From Methanosarcinales archaeon (GTDB taxonomy: Archaea > Halobacteriota > Methanosarcinia > Methanosarcinales > Methanocomedenaceae), in the NCBI GenBank assembly GCA_021108405.1, contig JAIOQW010000347.1, positions 18,486-82,485 of the forward strand: DNA of 64,000 bases, written 5' to 3'. Both the position numbers and the translations under genes were made by a program. The notes under the pieces were generated by a model that made no database searches, had not been told where the DNA came from, and saw nothing but the letters and a program-made list of their open reading frames with translations. Positions within the stretch are counted from its first letter, which is position 1; each line of letters begins with the position of its first letter. Below, one piece after another: positions 19,975 through 29,274 of the stretch.

Positions 19975-19991
19975 AGTAGGTACCTAAATTA

Positions 19992-20987
19992 CTATAATCT
20001 AGTCATTTTTTTATAATCAGTAATAGTGGATATCGGTTGTATCGTTATATCTATACCACTCTCTTCCACGGCTGCCATACTATTTATGCCCGCATATACC
20101 GGAAGCCCTATTTTTCCAGGAGTGACTGGTGCCTTAAGTACAGGAGTGCCTGGCTCACTGATCTTGATCAGGCAATCTATATCGATTTCCATGGCCTTAT
20201 TAAGTACTTCCACTGCTTGGTCATAAGCTGAAGCAGGGATCTCCCTGATATTTGCCAGTAGTTTACCATTCCCTGTCTCATAAGTATCAAGAATAGATGT
20301 CATTTTCCTGTCTATGAAGATCCTCATTGGGTCTATTGTGGTACCGCTGTATAATACCAGATCCGAAAATGCAGTAGGTGCCCCTTTCATCATCTTAATA
20401 AGTCCGCCATATCTCGGACTTACCGGTATTCCGTTTCTTACTAATATACCATCGATCGTGATACTGCAAACTGTTGCAATACCCACCTTTCCTTCAGGAA
20501 CCCTGAACTCAGGATCATTTTCTTCCAGTATCCTGACATACGGGCTCATTGAATAAGGTTTATAGCTCATAGCTGAAATGATCTCCATAACATCGTCAAA
20601 ATCGTCCTTATCAATAATTGCAGTATTTACGATCACGTTGCCATTGCCTGTATCTACATCAAGGTTAGTATTGTAGATCAACTCATCAATAGTAGTACTA
20701 ACAAACCCGACTCTATATCCGATCAGGCCGTCCTCAAGCTCCTGGAGTCCTTTTTTAGTAATAGTCCTACCTGAATAGCCTTCCCTTACTGTAAGACCAC
20801 GCTCATCCAGGATCCTCAGATGATACCTTACACCCCTCTCCCCTATCTGGTATCCTCTCTCTTTCATCCTATCAGCAATGATACGTGCACCAACAGCTCC
20901 ATCACTTTCCTTAATGATCCTCATGATCTCCATTAGTTTTCTCTGTACCTGGGGATCTGTATTGGATGATATCATTGATATATTCAT
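19992..20987 (-). CDS. nrpR: NrpR-type nitrogen regulatory repressor (wHTH + one NrpR/DUF128 domain)
   Basis: N-terminus RIIADRMKERGYQIGERGVRYHLRILDERGLT followed by an NrpR-domain pattern. Sits 17 nt downstream of glnA. Confidence 0.75.
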   Translation of the reverse strand: MNISMISSNTDPQVQRKLMEIMRIIKESDGAVGARIIADRMKERGYQIGERGVRYHLRILDERGLTVREGYSGRTITKKGLQELEDGLIGYRVGFVSTTIDELIYNTNLDVDTGNGNVIVNTAIIDKDDFDDVMEIISAMSYKPYSMSPYVRILEENDPEFRVPEGKVGIATVCSITIDGILVRNGIPVSPRYGGLIKMMKGAPTAFSDLVLYSGTTIDPMRIFIDRKMTSILDTYETGNGKLLANIREIPASAYDQAVEVLNKAMEIDIDCLIKISEPGTPVLKAPVTPGKIGLPVYAGINSMAAVEESGIDITIQPISTITDYKKMTRL

Positions 20988-21004
20988 ACTCCATTATTTT
21001 ATAT

Positions 21005-22327
21005 CTACATAATATTGAGATAACGCTGTATCTCCCAATCATGGACGTGTATCCTATAGGCGTCCCATTCGGCACGTTCCAGCTTTACAAAATCATTAAA
21101 TACATGGGAACCAAGGGCATTGATTATAACGTCATCACGTTCGAGTTCGTTCAGTGCATCCTTTAGAGTTCCCGGTAATGAATCAATTTTTTGCCTGGCA
21201 CGTTCTTTTGGATCCATTGCATATATATTTTCTTTGATGGGTTGTCCGGGATCGATCTTATTCTTTATACCATCCAGACCGGCCATAAGAATAACAGCAA
21301 AGGATAGATAAGGGTTGCAGGATGGGTCAGGACTTCTAAGTTCCATTCTGGTACTTAATCCCCTACCCATTGGGATCCTGATAAGTGAACTCCTGTTGGC
21401 ACCTGACCATGATATGTATACAGGAGCCTCATATCCTGGTACCAGTCTTTTATAGGAATTAACAGTTGGATTGGTAATTGGGGTAATAGCTCTTATATGT
21501 TTAAGTACTCCACCAATGAAATATTTTAATATCTCACTGATGCCATATTCACTGTCCGGGTCATAGAATGCGTTTTCGGTCCCTTTGAATAGAGATATAT
21601 TTATATGCATTCCATTACCGTTCTCACCAAATAGTGGTTTAGGCATGAATGTGGCATGAAGTCCCATGTTATTGGCAATAGTCCTGGTTACATACTTAAA
21701 AGTTACTACATTATCGGCAGTGGTAAGTGCATTGCCATATTTGAAATCAATCTCGTGCTGTCCTGATGCCACTTCATGATGTGAGGCTTCTATTTCAAAT
21801 CCCATACCTTCCAGGGCGATCACGATCTCTCTTCTGATATTCTCTGCAAGATCAACAGGTCCAAAATCAAAATATCCGGCAGAATCGTGTGGTATAGTGG
21901 TAGCATGCCCATCTTTTTTCTCAAACAAGAAAAACTCCAGTTCAGGTCCGGTATTCATCTCAAATCCCATGGATGATGCCACTTCCATAGCTCGTTTGAG
22001 CACGTATCTCGGGTCGCCTTCGAATATCTTACCATCTTGAAGCTGTACATCACATATCATTCTGCCTATTGATCCGTTATTGTGGGTCCATGGAAGTAAC
22101 TGGAATGTATTGGTATCGGGCTTAAGGATCATATCCGATTCTTCAATTCGAACAAAACCTTCTATAGAAGACCCGTCAAAGGAAATACCCTGGTCCAGTG
22201 CTTTATGCACCTGGGATATCGGTATTGCGACATTCTTGACTATTCCCTGAATGTCAACAAACTGGAGACGTATGAATCTGACATCTCTATCTTTTATTAT
22301 TTTAATAATATCTTCATTAGAATTCAT
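21005..22327 (-). CDS. glnA: Glutamine synthetase type I
   Basis: 440 aa, FMPKPLFGENGNGMHINISL and the rest of the GSI pattern. Confidence 0.95.
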   Translation of the reverse strand: MNSNEDIIKIIKDRDVRFIRLQFVDIQGIVKNVAIPISQVHKALDQGISFDGSSIEGFVRIEESDMILKPDTNTFQLLPWTHNNGSIGRMICDVQLQDGKIFEGDPRYVLKRAMEVASSMGFEMNTGPELEFFLFEKKDGHATTIPHDSAGYFDFGPVDLAENIRREIVIALEGMGFEIEASHHEVASGQHEIDFKYGNALTTADNVVTFKYVTRTIANNMGLHATFMPKPLFGENGNGMHINISLFKGTENAFYDPDSEYGISEILKYFIGGVLKHIRAITPITNPTVNSYKRLVPGYEAPVYISWSGANRSSLIRIPMGRGLSTRMELRSPDPSCNPYLSFAVILMAGLDGIKNKIDPGQPIKENIYAMDPKERARQKIDSLPGTLKDALNELERDDVIINALGSHVFNDFVKLERAEWDAYRIHVHDWEIQRYLNIM

Positions 22328-22391
22328 TATAGCACCTGGTACATAAAGTTAAAACAATGATGTAATTAGTAAGGATGATATTAATTGTTTC

Positions 22392-22613
22392 TTATCTGCG
22401 AGATATGATGAAGAACCTGGTTAGGTAGATGCAGACCACAATCACTATAAAACTGAAGATTGCACTGAAGATCGGACTGTACTCATGCTCAAACCATGTG
22501 TCAATCACATCCTGCACCGAGAAAAAGAAGTATAGTGTGGCGATCAGCATAAGAAACATCACAATAAATAAGAGTCCTGTTCTGAATGTACTTTCAAGAT
22601 TGTTTCCAGTCAT
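22392..22613 (-). CDS. Small two-TM membrane protein, 73 aa
   Basis: Two hydrophobic helices. The start overlaps the stop of the upstream gene (TAATG), suggesting translational coupling. Confidence 0.4.
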   Translation of the reverse strand: MTGNNLESTFRTGLLFIVMFLMLIATLYFFFSVQDVIDTWFEHEYSPIFSAIFSFIVIVVCIYLTRFFIISRR

Positions 22614-23557
22614 TAGTAATCCCTCCTGATACGGATAAGCATAAAAATCGCAATTATAATCGCAATACAGGTCATCGCTGAAGTGAACCCTGGCATTAGT
22701 CCATCCTCATAATCCATCTCTTCTGGTTCTGTCATGAAGTCCTCGACCTCAATATCATTTTCCACGATCTCTTCATCTTTAGGGACCGTACGCTTCGGGT
22801 TGAGCTGCACCACGCCCTCTGCGCGCTCAACGATGGTATCGTTCTTCCAGATCAAAACCTCGACTATGTAATTGTAATTATTGGGTACGGAAATCTCACA
22901 ATTCCTGATGATCGTTGTATCTTTTTCGATGTTGCCTGTCGTGATCCAGAGCTTGTCAGCAAGGAGCCCGGCGTCGACCTCACGGGCTTTGATCAGCATG
23001 GACAAATTCTCGCTTGTGCTGTCGCCTTCATTTGTGAGGTAAAGATCCACACCGATTGTCACTCTTGAGTCGGTCACATTCTTCACCAGAAAGTCCATTT
23101 CCTGGATCTTAAGACCGATATCGTAGATATTTGGGGTAAGATCACCAATGCCATAGATTCGTACTGATTCCTGACGCAATCTCTCTTCGTCCTCAAATAA
23201 AACGACATCTATTCGATACCCGCCATCTCTTTCGACACTGATCAGTTGCGATACCGGTATCGTTATTTCTTTGTTTATACTTCCTGCAGGAGTCGTTGTT
23301 TGAGCTACAAGGAGTCCTGATACGGAATCAAACGCTTTCAAGATGAGTTTTATATCACCACTTCCACCATCCCCCCGGTTCTCGATATATGTGGTTACAT
23401 TCAGCAGAACTTCGGTACTTGTGACCCGCTCCGATGAAATATCTATCTCTGCGATGCTAAGCCGACTTTCTTCGAAATCCCGAAGGCAACCAGATGTTGC
23501 AAGTGATGTGATAAGTATGACGCATAGAATTAGGATTGCAATTTTTTTTTGGTGCAT
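22613..23557 (-). CDS. Surface (lipo)protein with PGF-CTERM tail
   Basis: Likely start MHQKKIAILILCVILITSLATSGC (lipobox-like). Two repeated beta-rich domains. C-terminus is LMPGFTSAMTCIAIIIAIFMLIRIRRDY. Confidence 0.6.
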   Translation of the reverse strand: MHQKKIAILILCVILITSLATSGCLRDFEESRLSIAEIDISSERVTSTEVLLNVTTYIENRGDGGSGDIKLILKAFDSVSGLLVAQTTTPAGSINKEITIPVSQLISVERDGGYRIDVVLFEDEERLRQESVRIYGIGDLTPNIYDIGLKIQEMDFLVKNVTDSRVTIGVDLYLTNEGDSTSENLSMLIKAREVDAGLLADKLWITTGNIEKDTTIIRNCEISVPNNYNYIVEVLIWKNDTIVERAEGVVQLNPKRTVPKDEEIVENDIEVEDFMTEPEEMDYEDGLMPGFTSAMTCIAIIIAIFMLIRIRRDY

Positions 23558-23692
23558 TATTGTTAATGTTATTAGGTGAAAGTACATAAAAGTTACTTAA
23601 GGTCCAAATCCATTCGCAGTTATCTTTCGATTGTTGCTGCCAGTCTTTCCAGTGACATAACTGATTCCTGTCAGGTTCATAACCATACATCT

Positions 23693-23881
23693 TCATCGCT
23701 GGTATGGTAAGGCGATAGGTCGCCATTTTGGGGACTTTTCTTCCATAAGATATATTGTCAATCTATTCTTCCATTCCCAATAGAGTATCATGGGGTACAT
23801 AATGAAAAAGCAAATCAATAAGGACCCCATCACACCTTTTAAAATGAAATCAAAAGGAAGAGCCTTTCCTGTTAAAGTCAA
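23693..23881 (-). CDS. Possible small membrane protein (TTG start); frame stays open upstream into repeat locus 5
   Basis: Hydrophobic translation ...IKWDIVGWIIIASLFLHGF(L/M)TLTGKALPFDFILKGVMGSLLICFFIMYPMILYWEW. There is no ATG/GTG upstream. Confidence 0.25.
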   Translation of the reverse strand: MTLTGKALPFDFILKGVMGSLLICFFIMYPMILYWEWKNRLTIYLMEEKSPKWRPIALPYQR

Positions 23882-23941
23882 AAAACCATGTAAAAATAAA
23901 GATGCTATTATTATCCACCCTACAATATCCCACTTGATTGA

Positions 23942-24060
23942 GCGAAGATTAGAAGATTAGAAGATTCGCAGAATCTTCGTCTGACATTCCAGAGGAATGG
24001 AGGATTAGAAAATGTGAACGGAATGAACATTTTCGGTATATCAATTTATACTTGATATAC
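23942..24060 (-). repeat. Mosaic hairpin repeat, locus 5: M1-M2-M3-M4 plus M5 stub, inverted; abuts the aroC stop
   Basis: GAAGATTAGAAGATTAGAAGATTCGCAGAATCTTCG / ACATTCCAGAGGAATGGAGG / GAAAATGTGAACGGAATGAACATTTTC / TATATCAATTTATACTTGATATAC. Confidence 0.85.
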
Positions 24061-25139
24061 TAAGATAAATGATCTGTCCTGATCAAATGGTCTGCAAGTA
24101 CCAGTGCCATCATTGCCTCGGCAACGGGAACGATCCTCGGTGGAATTGTAGGATCATGCCGACCCTGAATAACGATCTCAGTATCAGACAGACTCAGCAG
24201 GTCTACTGTCTTCTGGGGTCTCGCAATAGATGGGGTTGGTTTAACAGCGATCCTGCAGATGATATTCTCTCCACTGGATATGCCACCCAGAATACCTCCG
24301 GCATTATTGGAAGTACATACTACTTTTCCATTTCTAATCTCAAATGGATCGTTCATCTGGCTACCTGTTAAACCTGCACATGCAAAACCTGCTCCGATCT
24401 CCACACCCTTAACTGCTCCGATCCCCATTAGAGCCCTGGCAATATCAGCATCCAGTTTATCAAATACAGGTTCACCGAGTCCGGGAGGCATTCCCAGAGC
24501 AATGATCTCAACAATCCCGCCAATGCTGTCGTTATTTGCTCTTGCCTGCCTGGTCTTACTGAGCATAACTTCTGCGGCTTTTAGGTCTGCACACCGCACA
24601 GGATTTGATTCCACATTGGTACGGATCTCATCAATAGTAACAGGTGAGGCTTTGACATTGGCAAGTTCCACTACATGTGCCAGTATTTCAATACCATGCA
24701 CAGCTAATACTTTTTTGGCTACTGCACCACCTGCCACACGTGCTGCAGTCTCCCTGGCAGATGCACGTCCTCCCCCTTTGTAATCACGAATACCATATTT
24801 CATGAAGTACGTATAATCCGCATGACCAGGACGGGGAGTATCTTTGATACTTTCGTATTTGCTGGAATCCGCATCCTTATTATAGATCACTAATGAGATG
24901 GGCGTACCAGTGGTCTTACCCTGGAAAATGCCGGATAGGATATTTACTTTGTCATCTTCTTTACGTGGTGTGGATACGTCACTCTGGCCCGGACGCCTCC
25001 TATCAAGCTCATGCTGGATATCAGCCTCTGTAAGCTCAAGTCCGGGAGGGCAGCCATCTATGACAACACCTGTTGCAGGACCATGACTTTCACCCCACGT
25101 TGTTATTGCGAATGCTTTTCCGAATGTGTTTCCTGCCAT
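24060..25139 (-). CDS. aroC: Chorismate synthase
   Basis: 359 aa, N-terminus [18 protein letters not shown] and full-length AroC pattern. Confidence 0.95.
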   Translation of the reverse strand: MAGNTFGKAFAITTWGESHGPATGVVIDGCPPGLELTEADIQHELDRRRPGQSDVSTPRKEDDKVNILSGIFQGKTTGTPISLVIYNKDADSSKYESIKDTPRPGHADYTYFMKYGIRDYKGGGRASARETAARVAGGAVAKKVLAVHGIEILAHVVELANVKASPVTIDEIRTNVESNPVRCADLKAAEVMLSKTRQARANNDSIGGIVEIIALGMPPGLGEPVFDKLDADIARALMGIGAVKGVEIGAGFACAGLTGSQMNDPFEIRNGKVVCTSNNAGGILGGISSGENIICRIAVKPTPSIARPQKTVDLLSLSDTEIVIQGRHDPTIPPRIVPVAEAMMALVLADHLIRTDHLS

Positions 25140-25140
25140 T

Positions 25141-25899
25141 TTAAGACTCCTTCCCGCAAACGGGACATTTCGGATTCTTTTGTATACTTATTTCATCAAA
25201 GGTCATATAAAGCGAATCGTAATAGAGCATCCTGCCTACCAGCAATTCACCGATCCCGATAAGATATTTTACTACTTCAGTGGCCTGGATAGCACCAATG
25301 ACACCAGGAAGCACACCAAATACACCGGTCCTACGTGCTGATTGTTCTATTTCCTTTGGTGGCGGCTGCTCGAAAATACAACGATAACATGGGCCACTCC
25401 CGGGAAGGATTGTAATAACCTGGCCCTCATACTTGAAGATACTACCATGGGAAAGTGGTATGCCTGTCAGTACACATGCATCATTTATCATAAATCGAGT
25501 GGCAAAATTATCCGAACAGTCCACTACCATATCGTAATCAGGTATAATATCACCTACATTACCATCGTCCAGTCTCATCTCCATGGGAATTACTGTGACA
25601 TCTGGATTCAGTCTTTTTACGAATGCGGCTGCGGATGCGACCTTCGGTCTACCTATATTTCCTCCATGTATTACTTGTCTCTGCAAGTTACTTAGATCAA
25701 CCACATCATCATCGATAATACCAATAGTCCCTACCCCGGCTGCAGTTAAATACTGGATCACCGGTGAACCCAAACCCCCTGAACCTATACAGAGCACTTT
25801 TGAGCTAAGAAGTTTATCCTGTCCTTTTTTACCTACTTCAGGTAGCATAATATGACGTGAATAACGATGTGTCTGTATCTCATCGAATTTGGTATCCAT
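25141..25899 (-). CDS. ThiF/MoeB/UbaA-family E1-like adenylyltransferase
   Basis: [19 protein letters not shown], the GSGGLGSP nucleotide loop, and CxxC pairs (GPCYRC, CPVCG). Ends 1 nt before the aroC start. Confidence 0.85.
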   Translation of the reverse strand: MDTKFDEIQTHRYSRHIMLPEVGKKGQDKLLSSKVLCIGSGGLGSPVIQYLTAAGVGTIGIIDDDVVDLSNLQRQVIHGGNIGRPKVASAAAFVKRLNPDVTVIPMEMRLDDGNVGDIIPDYDMVVDCSDNFATRFMINDACVLTGIPLSHGSIFKYEGQVITILPGSGPCYRCIFEQPPPKEIEQSARRTGVFGVLPGVIGAIQATEVVKYLIGIGELLVGRMLYYDSLYMTFDEISIQKNPKCPVCGKES

Positions 25900-25934
25900 T
25901 TTATGAACCTACCCGGTTTTTATCAGATCATATG

Positions 25935-26216
25935 TTAAATTAACAGTTCATAGAGCCTGGTATGAAAACTCAAAATAAGTTTGGTAACTTCATGTTCCAT
26001 ATTCAACTTGAAAGTACGTATCTGTTTTCCCATACGTTTTTCAATAACAATATCTTCTCTTAGAAGAGGGTCGATCACTCTTGCCACACTGGAATGGGAT
26101 AGACCTGTTTCTTCTGCAATACCTGAAAGATATGTGCTCTCATTTTGATGTTCGATAAGGTTTTCAAGGACTATCATCTGTGCAGTCCGCCCGAATATTT
26201 TCTCTAATGCTTTCAT
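25935..26216 (-). CDS. Small winged-helix transcriptional regulator, 93 aa
   Basis: YLSGIAEETGLSHSSVARVIDPLLREDIV is a typical HTH recognition segment. Confidence 0.5.
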   Translation of the reverse strand: MKALEKIFGRTAQMIVLENLIEHQNESTYLSGIAEETGLSHSSVARVIDPLLREDIVIEKRMGKQIRTFKLNMEHEVTKLILSFHTRLYELLI

Positions 26217-26673
26217 GTGAAATCATAGTAAATAAATTGCTCATTAATATTAAGATTAACTGTTTTTTATTAGAGTTAGAAGAAATAAAGAAAGATTTGG
26301 ATAATAATTATTGGGCTGGATTAACATAGATACACATAGATATGCAAATGCCTAAATAAAAAAAATATTTACTACTATGAATTACAGCAGTAACTTAAAA
26401 CCAATAATACTAAATAGTAATACTAATAATTACGTATTAATATATTAATGGATATATACTCCGTAAAAAAATAAAATGTGTTTATTTATCTTGCTATATA
26501 ATTTTACCACAGATAGAAAGATTCATAGAATCCAATCTTTTCCATACTTCCGGTGGTTATTATATTCTGACCAATGATTTTTCAATGGTATCTAAGTGAG
26601 GCTAAATAAATACATCTAGTAAACGTCGGTTTCGTTTGCATTACCTCAGAGTATAGGAAAGTATTTTCCAATA

Positions 26674-26725
26674 CAAGAAAATGCTCACTTCGTTCGCATT
26701 TACTTGAGATATATTTTTTTATAAA
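26674..26725 (+). repeat. Mosaic repeat, locus 6: M2 variant with T-rich tail
   Basis: CAAGAAAATGCTCACTTCGTTCGCATTTACTTGAGATATATTTTTTTAT. Near-identical to 45761-45803. Confidence 0.8.
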
Positions 26726-26757
26726 ATATATACAGTAAAAAAAACGGTGGAAGGAAC

Positions 26758-27423
26758 ATGGATAAAAAAAAACACTTAAATAAGTCAGAAGAAAAATCAA
26801 AGGAATACTACGAACATCTCAATTTTATAAATGAGATTTTAAGGCATGATATTTTTAATGACCTGACAGTTATTAATGGTGCTTTGGAACTTTTCAAAGA
26901 AAACCGGAAAGAAAAAAATATTGATATGGCACTTAATCGCATTAATTCATGTATTGAAACAATAAACAGAATGAGGGATCTTGAATTATTCTTTTCCTCC
27001 CATACTGACTTAACAATATATTCTGTAACTGACGTTCTGGAAGATGTTATTAAAGGTTATCCATTAATCACATTTAACATAGAAGGTCAATCCCGGGTCC
27101 TGGCTAATGAATGTTTTAATCCCATTCTGGAGAATCTAATAAGTAATGCTATTATTCATGGAAAAACCGATAGAATAGATATTAAGATAAAAACAGATGA
27201 AAAGTACTGTAGAGTGAGTATTGCTGATGAAGGTATCGGAATCCCGGATGAAATAAAAGAAAAGATATTTGATAAGAATTTTGCATATGGTAAAACCGGG
27301 AAAACAGGTTTGGGATTGTATGTAGTCAGGGAAGTCATACAATACTATGGCGGATATGTATATGTTGAAGATAATACACCCAAAGGTACTGTTGTTACTT
27401 TGGTATTTAGAAAAGTGAAGTGA
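26758..27423 (+). CDS. Soluble histidine kinase core (dimerisation/H-box + HATPase_c), 221 aa
   Basis: H-box EILRHDIFNDL, N box LISNAIIHG, G boxes DEGIGIP and GLGLYVV. Confidence 0.7.
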   Translation: MDKKKHLNKSEEKSKEYYEHLNFINEILRHDIFNDLTVINGALELFKENRKEKNIDMALNRINSCIETINRMRDLELFFSSHTDLTIYSVTDVLEDVIKGYPLITFNIEGQSRVLANECFNPILENLISNAIIHGKTDRIDIKIKTDEKYCRVSIADEGIGIPDEIKEKIFDKNFAYGKTGKTGLGLYVVREVIQYYGGYVYVEDNTPKGTVVTLVFRKVK

Positions 27424-27487
27424 AATCAAAGTAATTGTGTATCCACTAATAAGTCACATTTACCCCGATAAAATCCGTTCCTATCCA

Positions 27488-27525
27488 AGACGGCCGCCCG
27501 AACCACGTTTGGCGGCTGTTCGTCT
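27488..27525. other. GC-rich stem-loop in otherwise AT-rich non-coding DNA
   Basis: AGACG-GCCGCC-cgaaccacgttt-GGCGGC-tgtt-CGTCT. Confidence 0.5.
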
Positions 27526-27638
27526 ATGCGATAATAATAAATGTACCATCATCTGCCATGATCTTCTCATATCCGGATGAAGTAAACTCGATATCGGGAA
27601 CATTGTTTACAGCAGGCGGCTTTTCATTATGCTTCTTT

Positions 27639-27752
27639 CTAAATGCCCATTTCTTGCATGATCATACGTACATCAAGTATGTTGACGTATCCGTTCCCAT
27701 CCATATCCGCTTCTTGTAAGTATTTGCTGCTGAATACAATTCCAAGTGAGTA
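27639..27752 (-). pseudogene. Orphan C-terminal fragment with dockerin/EF-hand-like Ca-loop
   Basis: Minus-strand frame gives ...GIVFSSKYLQEADMDGNGYVNILDVRMIMQEMGI*. It has no plausible N-terminal part. The neighbouring 27430-27640 carries broken frames. Confidence 0.25.
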
Positions 27753-27820
27753 TATTATTTATACATCCACTGTGTATTAGAGGGTTAATAACTCTCAATA
27801 TTTAGTAGAGCATTTTATTA

Positions 27821-27937
27821 TAGTGTATCAAGTATAACTTGATATATCGAAGATGCTCACTTCGTTCACATTTTCTAATCCTCCATTCCTCTGGAATGTC
27901 GGTCAAGAAAATCCGACCGAAGGGAGGATTTTGTTAT
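27821..27937 (+). repeat. Mosaic hairpin repeat, locus 7: M1-M2-M3-M6
   Basis: TAGTGTATCAAGTATAACTTGATATA / GAAGATGCTCACTTCGTTCACATTTTC / CCATTCCTCTGGAATG / TCAAGAAAATCCGACCGAAGGGAGGATTTTGTTAT. Lies 83 nt upstream of tRNA-Leu. Confidence 0.9.
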
Positions 27938-28019
27938 TATTCACTACAAAAGGATAGAGGTGATTAAACAAACTGGAAATCAATAGAAGATTTGATTCAT
28001 AATTAATATAGTCCCATGG

Positions 28020-28104
28020 GCGGGGGTAACCAAGCCAGGCCAACGGTGATAGACTCAAGATCTATTCTCGCAGGAGTTCAAGGGTTCGAATCCCTTCCCC
28101 CGCA
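28020..28104 (+). tRNA. tRNA-Leu (anticodon CAA), class II with long variable arm
   Basis: Hand-folded cloverleaf: acceptor GCGGGGG/CCCCCGC plus discriminator A; anticodon stem ATAGA/TCTAT with loop CTCAAGA; variable arm CTCgcagGAG; T arm AAGGG-TTCGAAT-CCCTT. No encoded CCA. Confidence 0.9.
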
Positions 28105-28116
28105 TTTGTTGTAATT

Positions 28117-28707
28117 ATGAACTTTATTCCATACTTATTCCCTATTGTCGGAGCTGCTATCGGATATTTCACAAACGATATTGCTATTAGAATGCTTTTT
28201 CGGCCACACAGACCTATCGGTATCGGACAGTTCAAGATACAGGGATTGTTGCCTAAACGTCGAAATGATATAGCAGAAAGTGTAGCTGCAACAGTAGAGA
28301 AAGAACTGATCTCAATGCAGGACCTATCAGGTGTGCTATATGATATCGACTTTTCCTCTGCTATTGATAAAATAGTAGACATTCATTTTGATTCGGCTAA
28401 CAATAAAGAAAAAAAAGAGTTATTCTCGAAGATTAACCTCACTATAAATGCATTTATGCGACCAAGAATAAAAAAGTCATTAAATGAGAATAAAGATGAA
28501 CTTATCCACGAATTTATTCAGGAAATAGAGAGAAATGTCGATTTCAAGGAGATCATTGTAAGAAATATAGAAGATTATAGTCTGGATCAAATGGAAGATA
28601 TCGTGATGAGTGTTTCTTCAAGAGAATTAAGGTATATTACTATTATTGGCGGGGTCCTGGGCTTCTTAGTAGGTTTGATCCAGATGATAATCTATCTGAT
28701 AATATAA
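28117..28707 (+). CDS. DUF445-like membrane-associated protein
   Basis: N-terminus FPIVGAAIGYFTNDIAIRMLFRP and C-terminal TM (IGGVLGFLVGLIQMIIYLI) match the DUF445 layout as I remember it. Confidence 0.5.
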   Translation: MNFIPYLFPIVGAAIGYFTNDIAIRMLFRPHRPIGIGQFKIQGLLPKRRNDIAESVAATVEKELISMQDLSGVLYDIDFSSAIDKIVDIHFDSANNKEKKELFSKINLTINAFMRPRIKKSLNENKDELIHEFIQEIERNVDFKEIIVRNIEDYSLDQMEDIVMSVSSRELRYITIIGGVLGFLVGLIQMIIYLII

Positions 28708-28713
28708 TGCAAA

Positions 28714-28935
28714 TTATTCTCCATCTTCTTTCGTATGTTCAATGGTTAAATTTACAGTAAAATCACCGATTTTCTTTACTTCTTCGCGGGTAGGTTCCTC
28801 ACTCTTATTAATAGCCTTTAGCCTTTCTACATCTATTCCTGTATTTTGACTGACATCTTCATAAGTAAACCTGAATTTATGGATAAGCTCTTTGATATAG
28901 CGTTTAGTTTTTGCTCTGTGTCTTGAAATAGCCAT
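28714..28935 (-). CDS. Small hypothetical protein, possible HTH, 73 aa
   Basis: ORF with a basic N-terminus and a YEDVSQNTGIDVERLKAI helix-turn-helix-like stretch. No family recognised. Confidence 0.35.
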   Translation of the reverse strand: MAISRHRAKTKRYIKELIHKFRFTYEDVSQNTGIDVERLKAINKSEEPTREEVKKIGDFTVNLTIEHTKEDGE

Positions 28936-29050
28936 TTTATTCCTCCAAAATATAAATATTGTAAATTATACAATTTGTTGCTGCCATATACAGTCAATGA
29001 TTATTATTAATCTATCGCCTTCTAAGGTTAAAACCTAAAATATTTATGGA

Positions 29051-29160
29051 AGATATATCACGTATAACTTAATATACAATAAAATGGTATCCACTTCAAA
29101 TCAGAGAACAAAATCCTCCCTCCGGTCGGATTTTCTTGAGTATATCAATACTTGATATAC
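29051..29160 (-). repeat. Mosaic hairpin repeat, locus 8: degenerate M1, then M7-M6-M1 (inverted)
   Basis: ATATATCACGTATAACTTAATATA ... TATCCACTTCAAATCAGAG / AACAAAATCCTCCCTCCGGTCGGATTTTCTTGAG / TATATCAATACTTGATATAC. Confidence 0.85.
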
Positions 29161-29163
29161 TAG

Positions 29164-29241
29164 GGCAAAAATGATAGCCACAGAGAACACTTAAGATCAC
29201 AGAGGATTTCGTCTAAAGTATCCTTAAGTGCTCTCTGTGGC
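29164..29241 (+). repeat. Module M8: conserved 27-mer plus 19-bp hairpin, 34 nt upstream of the LysE-family gene
   Basis: GCCACAGAGAACACTTAAG (29177-29195) pairs with CTTAAGTGCTCTCTGTGGC (29223-29241) with one mismatch and a 27-nt loop. The 5' part is homologous to 15086-15134. Confidence 0.7.
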
Positions 29242-29274
29242 AGATAATATAAACAATGATTAATCAATAAAATT

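Noticed and set aside
22328-22391. Search for a canonical NrpR operator (GGAA-N6-TTCC) upstream of glnA
   Set aside because: The motif is not present by eye on either strand. Only a different inverted repeat was seen, so no operator feature is claimed.
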